The translations under genes were made by a program, and so were the position numbers. Positions 1 to 10,015 of a stretch of 64,000 nucleotides of DNA are shown here, piece by piece. The DNA is taken from the IMG/VR virus record IMGVR_UViG_3300010366_000001, positions 625-64,624 of that record, one strand, 5' to 3'. The DNA is from a virus (taxonomy: Duplodnaviria > Caudoviricetes). Position 1 is the first letter of the stretch. Each line of letters starts with the position of its first letter. The notes below the pieces were generated by a model that made no database searches, was not told where the DNA came from, and saw nothing but the letters and a program-made list of their open reading frames with translations.

Positions 1-13
1 TGAAGGAGTTGCC

Positions 14-526
14 ATGCTACCGTCATCACCCCCTGAAGAATGGCCCGACGAACCAACCTTCGGACCTGGACCCGAGATTCGCAGCTTCGCCCGCTTTGCT
101 GAGTTGACGCGCGAAAAGCGCGACCTCGAGGGACGCCTGGAAGTGATCAAGGAAGAACTCGAGGCGATCTCGATCACGCTCAAAGAGTACCTGCTCAGCA
201 AAGAGGACCTCGAGGGCGTCACCATCGGCGGATTCAACATCCACCTGCGCCGCGAACTGTGGGCGCGCAAGGCCGAGCTCGCAACCACCGAAGAGGTGTG
301 CCACGCGCTGCGCGCCAGCGGCATGGGCCAGTTCGTCAAAGAGGAATTCTCGACCAGTTCACTTTCCGCCCACGTGCGGCAACTTGAGCGTGAGCACGAA
401 GCCGAGATTTTGAATGGCGAGATCGAGCTTCGCGATCTGCTGCCCGAGCCGCTCGCCGCGGTCTTGAGCGTCGAGCCCACCTACAAAGTCATTGCCATGC
501 AGAAACAAACAAAAAGGAGAAAATGA
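14..526 (+). CDS. Replication-module hypothetical protein with N-terminal coiled coil
   Basis: 170-aa ORF after an aggag RBS; overlaps the start of the next gene by 4 nt; coiled-coil stretch LTREKRDLEGRLEVIKEELE. Confidence 0.6.
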   Translation: MLPSSPPEEWPDEPTFGPGPEIRSFARFAELTREKRDLEGRLEVIKEELEAISITLKEYLLSKEDLEGVTIGGFNIHLRRELWARKAELATTEEVCHALRASGMGQFVKEEFSTSSLSAHVRQLEREHEAEILNGEIELRDLLPEPLAAVLSVEPTYKVIAMQKQTKRRK

Positions 527-1299
527 TGCCAGAATCGAAAACCGGCCTGGTGCGCATGGAGGAGAGCGAATACCTCCTGCTGCAACCGGAAGCCCAGAAC
601 GAATTCCGCGAACTATTCCGAGCCAACATCGGAGAGGGCGGACAGATTAACCCACTCGATCTGCCGCGCGACAAGGTCGGCACGGGCGGCGCCATCGAGT
701 TCCGCAAACAGGCGGCCGACGGCACCGAGGTCGTACAGAAGCTCGACTGCATTGTCGTCTCGTGGCGGCCGGCGCGGTTGTATTGGAAGGACCCCAACCC
801 CAGCGGCAAGCGGCCCGATTGCTCGTCGAAGAACGGCTTCATCGGCATCGGCGACCCGGGCGGAAATTGCGAGACCTGCCCGTACGCACAATACGGCAGT
901 TCGCTCAAAGGCGGCGGGCAGGCCTGCAAGCAGATCCGCCAGATGCTGATCCTCTACCCGGAGGAGATCCTGCCCCACGTCGTCACCATCCCGCCCACCT
1001 CACTCAAGGCCTGCGGCCGCTACTTTCTGATGTTGCTCGGGCTGCGCCTGCCCTACTGGTCGGTGGTGACCCGGATCCAGATCGAGGCCGCGCAGAACGA
1101 GACAGGCGTGAAATTCGCCAAGATGGGCTTCTTTCTCGAGCGCCGGCTGAACCCGGAGGAGCGCGAGCTATTCGCACCGATCCAGAGGCAGATGGCCAAG
1201 CTGCTCGATCCCATGACGGTCGATGCGAACGACTACGATCACGGCACCGCCGCGGCCGAGCCGGCGGAGGCGAACTCACCGGACGACGTGCCGTTTTAA
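523..1299 (+). CDS. Putative single-stranded DNA-binding / annealing protein
   Basis: 258 aa; Cys motif (CSSKNG...CETCPY...CKQ) and acidic C-terminal tail ending DDVPF, as in SSBs; lies directly before the primase. Confidence 0.5.
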   Translation: MMPESKTGLVRMEESEYLLLQPEAQNEFRELFRANIGEGGQINPLDLPRDKVGTGGAIEFRKQAADGTEVVQKLDCIVVSWRPARLYWKDPNPSGKRPDCSSKNGFIGIGDPGGNCETCPYAQYGSSLKGGGQACKQIRQMLILYPEEILPHVVTIPPTSLKACGRYFLMLLGLRLPYWSVVTRIQIEAAQNETGVKFAKMGFFLERRLNPEERELFAPIQRQMAKLLDPMTVDANDYDHGTAAAEPAEANSPDDVPF

Positions 1300-1310
1300 C
1301 GAGGTAGGGA

Positions 1311-3257
1311 ATGCGGCTCACCCCGGACGATTACGCCGCTCTCGAGCGTTGCTATATCACCCCGCCGATCGCGCAGGCGGCGGGCCTGTTCCGCGTCCCG
1401 TCGATTGAGGGGCGCGACCTGGTGGGCCGCAAGGGCGGAGGAGACTACTCCGGCGTAGTCTTCCCGCTCACTTGGCCGGGCGAGCCGGCGATCGCGCTCT
1501 ACCGCCTCCGCCTCGACCACCCTCCAGTCGATCTATCGAACGGCAAGCCGCAGCACAAGTATTTAACCGCGGCCGGCGCGCGCAACCGGCTCTACATGCC
1601 CCTCGAGGACCCCGCCCTGCTCCAGGACGTCGAGGTGCCGATTGTGATGACCGAGGGCGAGAAAAAATACTTGGCCCTGCACCGGCTGGCCCACGAGCAG
1701 GGCGGCAATGGCACAGGCAAGCCGGCATTCATCCCCATGGCCCTGTTCGGCGTCTGGGGCTGGCGCGGCATCATCGGCTACACCTCGGACGCCCACGGCA
1801 ACCGCGTCGAGCAGAAGGGCCCCATTCCCGACCTCGACCGCGTCAAGTGGGAGGGGCGCCGGGTCTACCTCTGCTACGACGCCAACGCCGCCACCAACGA
1901 AATGGTGCGGGTCGCCCGGGGGCAGGCGGCGCGCGAACTGGAAAGCCGCGGCGCCATGGTCTGGGTCATCGACCTGCCGCAGGCGCCCGGAGTGAATGGG
2001 GTGGACGACTTTTTAGCGGCCGCCCCCAGCGGGCCGCAGGACTTCCTCAGCCTGATGCAGGCCGCCATCCGCTACCGCTGGCGCGACGAACTGGCCAGGA
2101 ACGAGAAGGGCAAGATTTTGCCGGGCATCAACAACGTCCTGCTGGCGCTGCGCCTCGCCCCCGCATGGCACGGCGTGCTGGGCTTCAACGAATTCGCCCT
2201 GGTCGTCGAAGCGCGCCGGCAGCCCCCCTGGGGCGGTCTCGTGGGGCGCTGGAGCGACACCGCAGACCTTCTCACCAGCGCCTGGCTCGAGCGGCAGGGG
2301 ATCGTTACGTCCGACCTGCTGGCTTCGAAGGCCGTGCAGACCGTGGCCCGCGACCACCCCTTCCATCCCGTGCGCGATTACCTGGACGGGCTGGAGTGGG
2401 ACGGCATCGAGCGCCTCGACGACTGGTTGACGCTGTACCTCGGGGTGAAGCCCGGCGCATACGTCCGCGCCGTAGGCAAGCGATGGTACATCAGCGGCGT
2501 AGCCCGCGCCCGCAAGCCCGGCTGCCAGGTGGATCACACCCTGATCCTCGAGGGACTGCAGGGCATCGGCAAATCGAGCGTATTCAAAATTATCGGCGGC
2601 GAATTCTACAGCGACGACATTGCGGAGCTCGGCACCAAAGACGCGTCGCTCTCCGCCGCCGGCGCCTGGATCATCGAGCTAGCCGAGCTCGACGCCATGG
2701 GGCGCGCGGATATCAGCAAGATCAAGGCCTTCTTATCCCGAAGCGAGGACCGCTTCCGCCCGCCCTACGGCCGACATCTGATCACCGCCCCGCGGCAGTG
2801 CATCTTCGGCGGGTCGGTGAACGTTGCCGCCTATCTGAAGGACGAGACCGGCGGGAGAAGGTTCTGGCCGGTCACCTGCGGCCGAATCAACCTCGAGGCC
2901 CTGCGCCGCGATCGCGACCAACTCTGGGCCGAGGCCGACGCGCGCTACAACCGAGGCGAGCCATGGTGGCTCGACACAGCGGAGCTCAATCGAGAGGCGG
3001 CCGCGGAGCAGGAGGCGCGCTACCAGACCGACCCGTGGGAGCCGGAAATCGACCGCTACCTGCTTTCCCGCACCGAAGTCACCACCAGCGACGTGCTCGA
3101 GAACGCCATCAAAAAAGACAGGGGCCAGTGGACCCGCGCCGACGAGATGCGCGTCGCCGCCATCCTGAGAAGGCTGGGCTGGGAGGCAGGCCGGCGCGGT
3201 TCTGGCGGCTCGCGGCGCCGCATCTACGAACTCAGAGAGGCGCCGGTAGGAGTGTAG
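1311..3257 (+). CDS. Primase-helicase: DUF3854-like TOPRIM domain plus VirE/VapE-type P-loop ATPase
   Basis: TOPRIM motifs VMTEGEKK, YLCYDAN, GVDDFL; Walker A LEGLQGIGKS; IIELAELD; RFRPPYGR; YLKDETGGRRFWPV. Confidence 0.9.
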   Translation: MRLTPDDYAALERCYITPPIAQAAGLFRVPSIEGRDLVGRKGGGDYSGVVFPLTWPGEPAIALYRLRLDHPPVDLSNGKPQHKYLTAAGARNRLYMPLEDPALLQDVEVPIVMTEGEKKYLALHRLAHEQGGNGTGKPAFIPMALFGVWGWRGIIGYTSDAHGNRVEQKGPIPDLDRVKWEGRRVYLCYDANAATNEMVRVARGQAARELESRGAMVWVIDLPQAPGVNGVDDFLAAAPSGPQDFLSLMQAAIRYRWRDELARNEKGKILPGINNVLLALRLAPAWHGVLGFNEFALVVEARRQPPWGGLVGRWSDTADLLTSAWLERQGIVTSDLLASKAVQTVARDHPFHPVRDYLDGLEWDGIERLDDWLTLYLGVKPGAYVRAVGKRWYISGVARARKPGCQVDHTLILEGLQGIGKSSVFKIIGGEFYSDDIAELGTKDASLSAAGAWIIELAELDAMGRADISKIKAFLSRSEDRFRPPYGRHLITAPRQCIFGGSVNVAAYLKDETGGRRFWPVTCGRINLEALRRDRDQLWAEADARYNRGEPWWLDTAELNREAAAEQEARYQTDPWEPEIDRYLLSRTEVTTSDVLENAIKKDRGQWTRADEMRVAAILRRLGWEAGRRGSGGSRRRIYELREAPVGV

Positions 3258-3259
3258 GG

Positions 3260-5122
3260 TTGCCTCGCCATTTCAACCAGGGGCAGCGGCGCGCGCTTTA
3301 TGACGCGGCCGGCGGAAGGTGCACGTCCTGCGGGGCCGAATTAGGTGAAGGATGGCACGCCGACCATGTGATTGCGCACGCAGCCGGCGGGCCAACGGAC
3401 GTTATCAACGGGCAGGCACTATGCCCGGAGTGTAATCAGCGAAAGGGAACATCCAACATGACTATACCGAATCCATACGAGTGGCAGGAGGGATTCCAGG
3501 AAAGCTGTATCAATAAATTCCTCCGCGGCCAGCGCGACTACATATGCGTCGTGACCCCCGGGGGCGGCAAAACGATCGGCGCCCTGAAGGTCGCGGTGAA
3601 ATTAAGAGACGCGCACATCATCTCGCACATTGTAATCGTAGCGCCGCAGTGTTCCGTAGTGAGCCAGTGGAGCGCCGAAGCGCACAAGCTGGGGCTCAAC
3701 ATCGAGCGTTTCGGCAGCCCCGAGCGCCGGCGCAAGTATGACGGGATTGCGGTCACCTACGGCTCGATCGCGAGCGGGGCCCAGAACTATCGCAGCTATT
3801 GCAATGAGCCGACGCTCGTGATCCTCGACGAGGTCCACCACGCCGATGAAAAACAGGCCTGGGGCGAGGCGCTGCGGGCGGCATTCGAGGCCCCGACCAC
3901 CTACCGGCTGATGCTTTCGGGCACGCCCTTCCGGACCAAGGGCATCATTCCTTTTGTCCCCTATGATCTGGAAGAGCTCCGGGAGGGCCGCTACCAGGCC
4001 GTCGCCGACTTCACCTACTCCCACGGCGAGGCCGTGAACGACGGAGCGTGCCGGCGGGTGGTGTTCCCCTCCATCGACGTCCCGATGGTCGAATGGACGA
4101 AGGGCGATGGCCATTTCGCGTTCTCCCTTTCCGACACCACGCTGCGCGATGAACTGGAGAGCGAGCGGAATTCGGTAGTGCTCGACGCCTCCTCAGAAGC
4201 CGTGCGGCTGGTGCTCGAGCAGGCCCACCGGAAGCTCACCGAATTACGCCGCGCGCAGCCGAACACCGGCGGCCTGGTGCTCGCCAAGCGGCAGGAGCAC
4301 GCCCTGCAACTGGCCGAGGTGCTCGAGTCGATTGCCGGCGTGAAGCCGGTGGTCGCAATCTCCGAAGACCCGGAGTCGGACGCCAACATCGAACGCTTCC
4401 GGAACTCCTCGGATCCATGGATCGTTTCGGTGCGCATGGTAAGCGAAGGCGTAGATATCAAGCGCCTGCAGGTCCTTGCCTACCTCACCAAAACCGACAC
4501 CCCCATGTTTTTCCGCCAGGCCGTCGGGCGCGTGGTGCGTACCATCAAGGGCGCGCGGCACCGCGACGCCTACGTGTTCATCCTCAACCGCGAACCGCTG
4601 ATCACGCTCGCCGCGCAACTCGAGGCCGAGCAGACCATCGAAATCCCGAAAGAGAAAAAGCCGCGGGAAGGCAGCGAAAAAGAGTGGGAGGAGGGGGACC
4701 CGCTGGTATACGTCTCCTGCGAGGCCGGAGTCGGATCCACCATTCTCACCGGCGGCGCCGATCCGCTTCCGGCGGACCTGATCGACAAGGGGGGCCGGCT
4801 GAAGGACCTGCTGAACCTGGACCTAACAGCCGAAGAGATGGCAGAGGCGCTGCGCGATTGCGAGACCGATGACCCGGAATTGCTCAAGCGGCCGGCCGAG
4901 CCGAAAGACCGGCGCATGGAGCGGAAAACGAGGCGCTCCAATAGCCTCGCCCATTCCGTCGGAATGACCCGCGGCTATGCCAAAGAAGAGGCCGCCAAGC
5001 TGATGCACAAAGAATGGGCCAGGATGCCCGGCAACCACTGGCAGGCCAATATGGACGAACCGGAGCTAGACAGGAAAATTCAATGGCTGATCCAAGAACG
5101 AGCCCGCGCGCAGGTCGCGTAA
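3260..5122 (+). CDS. HNH endonuclease fused to SF2 (DEAD/DEAH, ResIII-like) helicase
   Basis: TTG start at 3260 after aggag, in the frame of ORF 1472..5122; HNH CTSCG..WHADHVIAHAAGG..NGQALCPECNQRKG; helicase motifs TPGGGKT, DEVHH, LSGTPFR, MVSEGVDI, QAVGRVVR. Confidence 0.85.
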   Translation: MPRHFNQGQRRALYDAAGGRCTSCGAELGEGWHADHVIAHAAGGPTDVINGQALCPECNQRKGTSNMTIPNPYEWQEGFQESCINKFLRGQRDYICVVTPGGGKTIGALKVAVKLRDAHIISHIVIVAPQCSVVSQWSAEAHKLGLNIERFGSPERRRKYDGIAVTYGSIASGAQNYRSYCNEPTLVILDEVHHADEKQAWGEALRAAFEAPTTYRLMLSGTPFRTKGIIPFVPYDLEELREGRYQAVADFTYSHGEAVNDGACRRVVFPSIDVPMVEWTKGDGHFAFSLSDTTLRDELESERNSVVLDASSEAVRLVLEQAHRKLTELRRAQPNTGGLVLAKRQEHALQLAEVLESIAGVKPVVAISEDPESDANIERFRNSSDPWIVSVRMVSEGVDIKRLQVLAYLTKTDTPMFFRQAVGRVVRTIKGARHRDAYVFILNREPLITLAAQLEAEQTIEIPKEKKPREGSEKEWEEGDPLVYVSCEAGVGSTILTGGADPLPADLIDKGGRLKDLLNLDLTAEEMAEALRDCETDDPELLKRPAEPKDRRMERKTRRSNSLAHSVGMTRGYAKEEAAKLMHKEWARMPGNHWQANMDEPELDRKIQWLIQERARAQVA

Positions 5123-5742
5123 TCTCCCCCTACCACCCGCGGCCAGACGCCGAGACCGTGCGCCGCGGCACGATCGTCGAGCGCCTGCAGAAAACGCTCG
5201 GCTCGGAGGAGATGCTGCGCCTGTTCCCAAGCTGGCTGGCCCTGGTCCTCGAGGAGGGCATGTGGCGGAGCTTCTGCAATACCGGCACCTACGAACCGTA
5301 CGAATGGACCGAATTCGACGCCTTCGTCAAAGCGAAGCAGCCGAGGGGGCTGGGGTTTAAGGGGGGCGAGAAGCAGCTACGGGAAGAGTGCCGCTTCTAT
5401 GCGGAACAGGGCGACGAGGACGCCGTGAAGGCGCTGGCCGCGCTGGACGGGATGCTGCCGGCGCAGGGGAAGCACGGCGGAAAGCGAGCAAAAGATGGGC
5501 AAGTTGGTAATACCAACTTGACCGGCAGTACGCGGACCTACTCGCTCGCCCGGCTGAAGCGCGACCGGCCCGACCTCGCTGCGCTCGTGATCGCGGGAAA
5601 GATGAGTGCCCACGCCGCGGCGATCGAAGCCGGCTTCCGCGGGCGCACGGTCCAGCACGCCGGCAGCGTCGAAGGCTTCCTGCGCGCGGCCCTGCGCCAC
5701 CTCACACCGGCCCAGCGGGCGGAGCTTCGGGAACGGCTTTGA
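5083..5742 (+). CDS. Hypothetical protein with possible C-terminal HTH-like domain
   Basis: In-frame ATG at 5083; C-terminal YSLARLKRDRPDLAALVIAGKMSAHAAAIEAGFR segment; coupled to next gene. Confidence 0.55.
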   Translation: MADPRTSPRAGRVISPYHPRPDAETVRRGTIVERLQKTLGSEEMLRLFPSWLALVLEEGMWRSFCNTGTYEPYEWTEFDAFVKAKQPRGLGFKGGEKQLREECRFYAEQGDEDAVKALAALDGMLPAQGKHGGKRAKDGQVGNTNLTGSTRTYSLARLKRDRPDLAALVIAGKMSAHAAAIEAGFRGRTVQHAGSVEGFLRAALRHLTPAQRAELRERL

Positions 5743-6020
5743 AGGAGTCCTCGCTCCTGCGCTCCGTAGAGCGTGAACTGAAGCGGCGCGGTGTCACCTA
5801 CCGCAAGCGCCACGGCGGCGTGTTCAGCGTCAAGGGCGATCCAGACCTCTACGGCTGCGCCGCCGGCCGGCACTGGGAAATCGAGCTCAAGCGGCCCGGC
5901 GAGGAGCCTACCGAGCTCCAGCGCGCGCGGTTGGAAGAGTGGGGGCGGGCGGGAGCCAAAACAGGCGTCGTGAAGAGCCTTGAAGAGCTCCGAATTTTCC
6001 TCGAGCAACTATACACCTAG
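5739..6020 (+). CDS. VRR-NUC (PD-(D/E)xK) nuclease
   Basis: KGDPDLYGC...HWEIELKRPGEEPTELQRARLEEW matches the VRR-NUC signature. Confidence 0.85.
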   Translation: MKESSLLRSVERELKRRGVTYRKRHGGVFSVKGDPDLYGCAAGRHWEIELKRPGEEPTELQRARLEEWGRAGAKTGVVKSLEELRIFLEQLYT

Positions 6021-6056
6021 CAAAAGTGTAAAATGCCCAAAAAGGTCAGACATGGG

Positions 6057-6331
6057 GGTGGACAGAGGTTGGACCCCCACCAAATGGGGGAGAAGAGAGT
6101 GGCGAATGTTAATACAAATGTATTAACCGAAAAAAGGTTGGAAAGGTTGGACGGTTGGACAATGTAACGAAATGACGTGAAAAGGTCGGCCAGGTTGGAC
6201 AGGTTGGACCGTTTACGCGCTACATTCTAAAGGGCTACCCAACCTGTCCAACTAGTCCAACCTTCCTCTTCTAGAATCTATAGAAAATTATATATAAAAA
6301 GAGTGCGCGCGAGGGTTGGTCGGAGGTTGGA
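6057..6331. repeat. Iteron-like GGTTGGA repeat cluster, candidate replication origin
   Basis: GGTTGGA at 6067, 6136, 6145, 6153, 6193, 6202, 6325; inverted-type copies at about 6238, 6247, 6257; 8-bp inverted repeat GTTAATAC/GTATTAAC at 6108-6127; AT-rich 6270-6300. Confidence 0.65.
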
Positions 6332-6432
6332 CGGGGGCCACCCGCCCCCCGTGGTAAACAGGCACCCGGGGGCGGTGAAATGGGGCCCCAACTGGACGCC
6401 GCTGGACGCTACTGGAAATCCACTGGACGCTC

Positions 6433-6474
6433 GCTGGATGGGACCCGCTGGATGGGACCCGCTGGATGGGACCC
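6433..6474 (+). repeat. 14-bp tandem repeat x3 (GCTGGATGGGACCC)
   Basis: Exact copies at 6433, 6447 and 6461, preceded by four more CTGGA units. Confidence 0.9.
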
Positions 6475-7007
6475 GCTTTGAGGTGGCTGGCGGCCGTGTG
6501 GGGGGAATCAGCCCTACTACCACCCCGCCGGCCGGACCGCGCGAGGGGGGCCCGGTGGCGGGTGGGGAGGCGGCCGGCCGCGGCGGCGGGGAAACTCCTG
6601 AGAGGGGTTGTCCTCAGTCCGGTAACCACCACGCGAGCGTGGAGGCAGTACGAATAGGACGAAAACCTCCGAAACCCCGCAGAAAGACGAAACCGCGGGA
6701 AACCAAACCAAATCGGACAAAGGGCTCCTGAAAGATGATATTGGGCATTATAACGGTTGACTCGAAACAAATGTAGTTTTGGGCGCCTGGTTCAATGAAC
6801 CGGATGAACCGGACAACAGACTGGCCTTGTTTCACGTCACGAGCCCCGTGGCGCGATCGCCGCGAGGCCGGCGGGCTGCGGCCGCGGCGCCGGCCGGGCG
6901 GGCCCAGGGAGGCCCGGAAAGTGGCGCCGGACCGGGTTGTAATTCCCCGTACGATGTTGCTGCGCGCGTGACGGCAGGCGCCCGGATGTGCTGCAATTGT
7001 GCGCAGG

Positions 7008-7553
7008 ATGGGAACCGCACAGATCCCGGCCGCGGTGAAGCGTAAGCAGTTCGCGAGGCTCGCGGCGACGGGTAAGGCGTTGGTCGATGCTCATGCCGAA
7101 GTCTATGGCCCAGGCAAGGGCACGCGCAAAACGAAAAAGGAGACCGCGAGCAACCTCGCGCGCAGGCCCGACGTCCGGGCCATGATCGCGCGCTACGAAG
7201 CCGAGTTCATGCCGATCGGCGACTACCGCAAACTGCGCGAGGAGTGCGAGAGCAACATGCGAGCCCTGATGCACGACTCACCGGACCACAAAGTCCGATT
7301 AGCCGCATCAAAGATGCTGCATGAGATCGCCAACGAGCGCGTGCAGCGGGAAGAAAAAGAGCATCGCATCGTAAACGTCGATAGCCTGATCCAGGAGATT
7401 GGCGAGCTTGCCGCGCCGGCCGCGGCGCCGGTGCTCGAGCTCACCGCAACCGAGACCGCAGACCCCGACGAGGCTACGCCTGACCCCAGCGAAGAAAGCG
7501 ACGACGATGCAACCGACTCCGACGACACAGCCGACGACACAGCCGACGATTGA
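7008..7553 (+). CDS. Putative terminase small subunit
   Basis: N-terminal KRKQFARLAATGKALVDAHAEVY...ETASNLARRPDVRAMI resembles the TerS HTH; acidic tail. Confidence 0.55.
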   Translation: MGTAQIPAAVKRKQFARLAATGKALVDAHAEVYGPGKGTRKTKKETASNLARRPDVRAMIARYEAEFMPIGDYRKLREECESNMRALMHDSPDHKVRLAASKMLHEIANERVQREEKEHRIVNVDSLIQEIGELAAPAAAPVLELTATETADPDEATPDPSEESDDDATDSDDTADDTADD

Positions 7554-7751
7554 GCCCACACCGCCGCGCCTGGCAGCCTGGGCGCGTCATCACTTCGGCG
7601 GCCGGTACATGCCGTGGCACGTTGTCATCCTGGGCACGATGCAATCGGCCTGCGGCGGTGTCCACTTCAACCCGCGGCGCACCGAACTGCACCAGGGTGC
7701 ACCACCGGCCGCAGGCCGCATCTGCACGCGCTGCGCGCCGCAGGCGAAGTC

Positions 7752-8478
7752 ATGAGCGCGCAGCCCCACGAAGGCGCCTGGCGGTGCACGGTGTGCGGAG
7801 GCGCACCCGCCATCGCCGATGCGCGCTGGCGCTGGAACGGAGAGCAGTGGGAACACAAATGCGGCGACGCGCAGGCGGGGCACTTCGCCGCGGTGCGCGT
7901 GTGCGAAGTCTGCGGCCGGCAGCACGAAGCCTGGATGCCGCACTACAACCCGGGCGCGCCCGTAGAGCCCGCGGAGCCCGCTGAGCCGGCAGGGGACGTG
8001 CCGCTCGCATGAAGAGCGTCTGGGTCTCCTCAACCAAATGGACGGTGCGCGTCGGGGTAGATGACGCCGAGGTCATTCGCGAGGCGGCGCCGATCGTCGG
8101 CACCTTCGTGGGGCAGCCGCTCGAGAACCTCGTCCGCTGGGCCTGGAGCCGCGGCTGGAAGCCTGAGGTGCAGGTGCTCGACCCATGACCACCGAAGAGA
8201 TCCTCGAGGCCCTCCAGGAGACCGCTGACGACGCGCCGGAGGATGAACCGCTGCTGCTGGCTGACGGCTTCGAAGACGCGCTCCTCGGCACGCTCGAGGG
8301 CTGCGGCCGGCCCACGGTGCTCTGCTACGACTACGACCGGTGCATCGAGATCCTGATCGAGCGGGACGGCATGACCGAACCAGACGCGCACGAGTGGATG
8401 AGCTTCAACGTCGTCGGCAGCTACGTTGGCAAGACAACGCCGCTGTGGCTGCACAACCTGCGGGCGCGGCCGGTCTAG
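7752..8478 (+). CDS. Three coupled small genes: 7752-8012 (two CxxC), 8009-8188 (59 aa, not in the ORF track), 8185-8478 (conserved phage hypothetical)
   Basis: ATGA overlaps; the last gene has the ADGFEDALLG...YDYDRCIEIL...EWMSFNVVGSYVG..TP pattern common in environmental phages. Confidence 0.6.
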
Positions 8479-9202
8479 CGCGCGGCCGCCTTCACCTCCG
8501 CTGCGAACCGCGGCAGCATCCTGGCGCCGCCGTCGAACGCGGCCGGCAGCGTACCGCCCATGTCGCCGTCCTCAAAATACGCCCACTGGCGGTCGTCGAG
8601 ATCGCCATCCACGTTGTTCCAGGTGTGCCGCACAAGCACAATCACCGCCACCTTGCCCGCGGCGCGATCCTCGAGCGCGCTCTCGAGCGCCTGGCGGTAC
8701 GAATCGTAGCCGTGCGTGTCGATGACGTCATCGCAATCCATAATTTCGACTGTCCACTCGTAGGTGACCATCAGGCCACCTCCGCCCAGCCGTAATCGGC
8801 CGCGGTTTTGGGCGAGGAGTTGCCGTAGAACCGGCTGTACTCGAGCACGATGCCCAGCTTGGCGCAAGCCTTGAAGAAGCCGCGCACGCGCCTGATGCCG
8901 GTCTCATTGGCGCCCTTGTTGACGCCGTCCGGGCTCATCGACGCCTCGAGCTTCACGACGCCCCAGCTTTTGCCCAGGCCGTCGCAAATGCCGCTGCCCT
9001 TCACCCGCAGCGACTTGGGGAAGCGCGCTGCCAGGGCCTGGGCCTCTTCGATGGTCGGCACCTCGATGCGCGCATGAAACCACTGCGGCTGGTCTATGTC
9101 ATAGTCAAACTGCCGGCCGTCCATCTGGCGCGGCTCGGTGCGGTACACGTTGGTGGTCTGTTCGGTGGCGACCGCGAGCGTGATTGAGTAAATAGCTTCC
9201 AT
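8475..9202 (-). CDS. Two leftward hypothetical genes (9202-8771 and 8771-8475)
   Basis: ATG at 9202 lies 7 nt after a -10 box; TGATG overlap at 8771. Confidence 0.6.
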
Positions 9203-9238
9203 ACTCATTATCATAAAACAAGTGTTGTTTCATGTCAA
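9200..9238 (-). promoter_or_regulatory. Leaderless sigma70 promoter with operator, copy 1
   Basis: TTGACA(9238-9233)-17 bp-TATGAT(9215-9210)-7 nt-ATG(9202); spacer holds AAACAAC-A-CTTGTTT. Confidence 0.85.
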
Positions 9239-9283
9239 GCGGTGCGGCCAAAAAAAAATCCAAAAATATTTTTCACGAAACGC

Positions 9284-9322
9284 TTGACACGAAACAACAC
9301 TTGTTTTAAGCTACTAAGTATG
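9284..9322 (+). promoter_or_regulatory. Leaderless sigma70 promoter with operator, copy 2
   Basis: TTGACA(9284)-17 bp-TAAGCT(9307)-7 nt-ATG(9320); upstream A/T tract. Confidence 0.85.
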
Positions 9323-9933
9323 AACACCGTAACAAGCATCCAAGACAAGCAGATCGCCGGCGAGCTAGCCGCCATCCGCAAGCATGGCTCGAGCGCCGTG
9401 GGCCGCTCTGTGATCTACCGCCACCGCACCGCGGCCATCAAGGCGCTCATCGCCCTGGGCCTCAACACCCTGCAGGCCCGCGAAGCCATCAAAGACGCCG
9501 CCGACATGGTGGTTCTGGCCCTGGCGGCCGCCGCGGAGGTGAAGTAAACCATGCGCTACAGGATTGTGCAAGCCATGCCCGGAACGGATGGCTACGGCTG
9601 GTACGTACTCACCGAGGGAACGGACGGCGCCTGGTATAACTTTTTCGGCAACCGGCCGCTGGCCAACCGCGAACAGGTCGAGCGCGCTGTTTCGCGCTTG
9701 CCGAAGCATGCGACGGAGGTGAAGTAACCATGGCGCTGGAACTGTACACGACGCACGTCGAGCAGGAAGCCTACGACCTCGGCGGGCAACTCAGCTTGCC
9801 GCCGTGGCAGGTCCGGAACCACATGGAGGCACGCCAGGACAAGCACGGCCGGCCGTACTGGGTGGTCGTGGTGGAATCGGCCGAGGCCTGGGATCGCGCG
9901 GTCGCCTGCCGCCGGCGGATGTTCGGAAGCTGA
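9320..9933 (+). CDS. Three small early genes: 9320-9547, 9551-9727 (58 aa, not in the ORF track), 9730-9933
   Basis: Open frames with starts after the promoter or a GGAGG RBS. Confidence 0.6.
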
Positions 9934-9976
9934 AAAATATCTGCGAAAAATTCTTGAAGTTTTTTGCAGCTACCTC

Positions 9977-10015
9977 TTGACACGAAACAAGTCTTGTTTT
10001 AGGATAGTAAATATG
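9977..10015 (+). promoter_or_regulatory. Leaderless sigma70 promoter with operator, copy 3
   Basis: TTGACA(9977)-17 bp-TAGGAT(10000)-7 nt-ATG(10013); perfect palindrome AAACAAG-T-CTTGTTT. Confidence 0.85.

Noticed and set aside
1472-3259. N-terminal 596 aa of the listed 1216-aa ORF
   Set aside because: Shadow frame over the primase gene; Arg/Pro-rich and featureless; real motifs begin after the RBS and TTG at 3260
6057-6480. Repeat clusters as a CRISPR array
   Set aside because: Units are 7-14 bp with no unique 30-40 bp spacers and no cas genes
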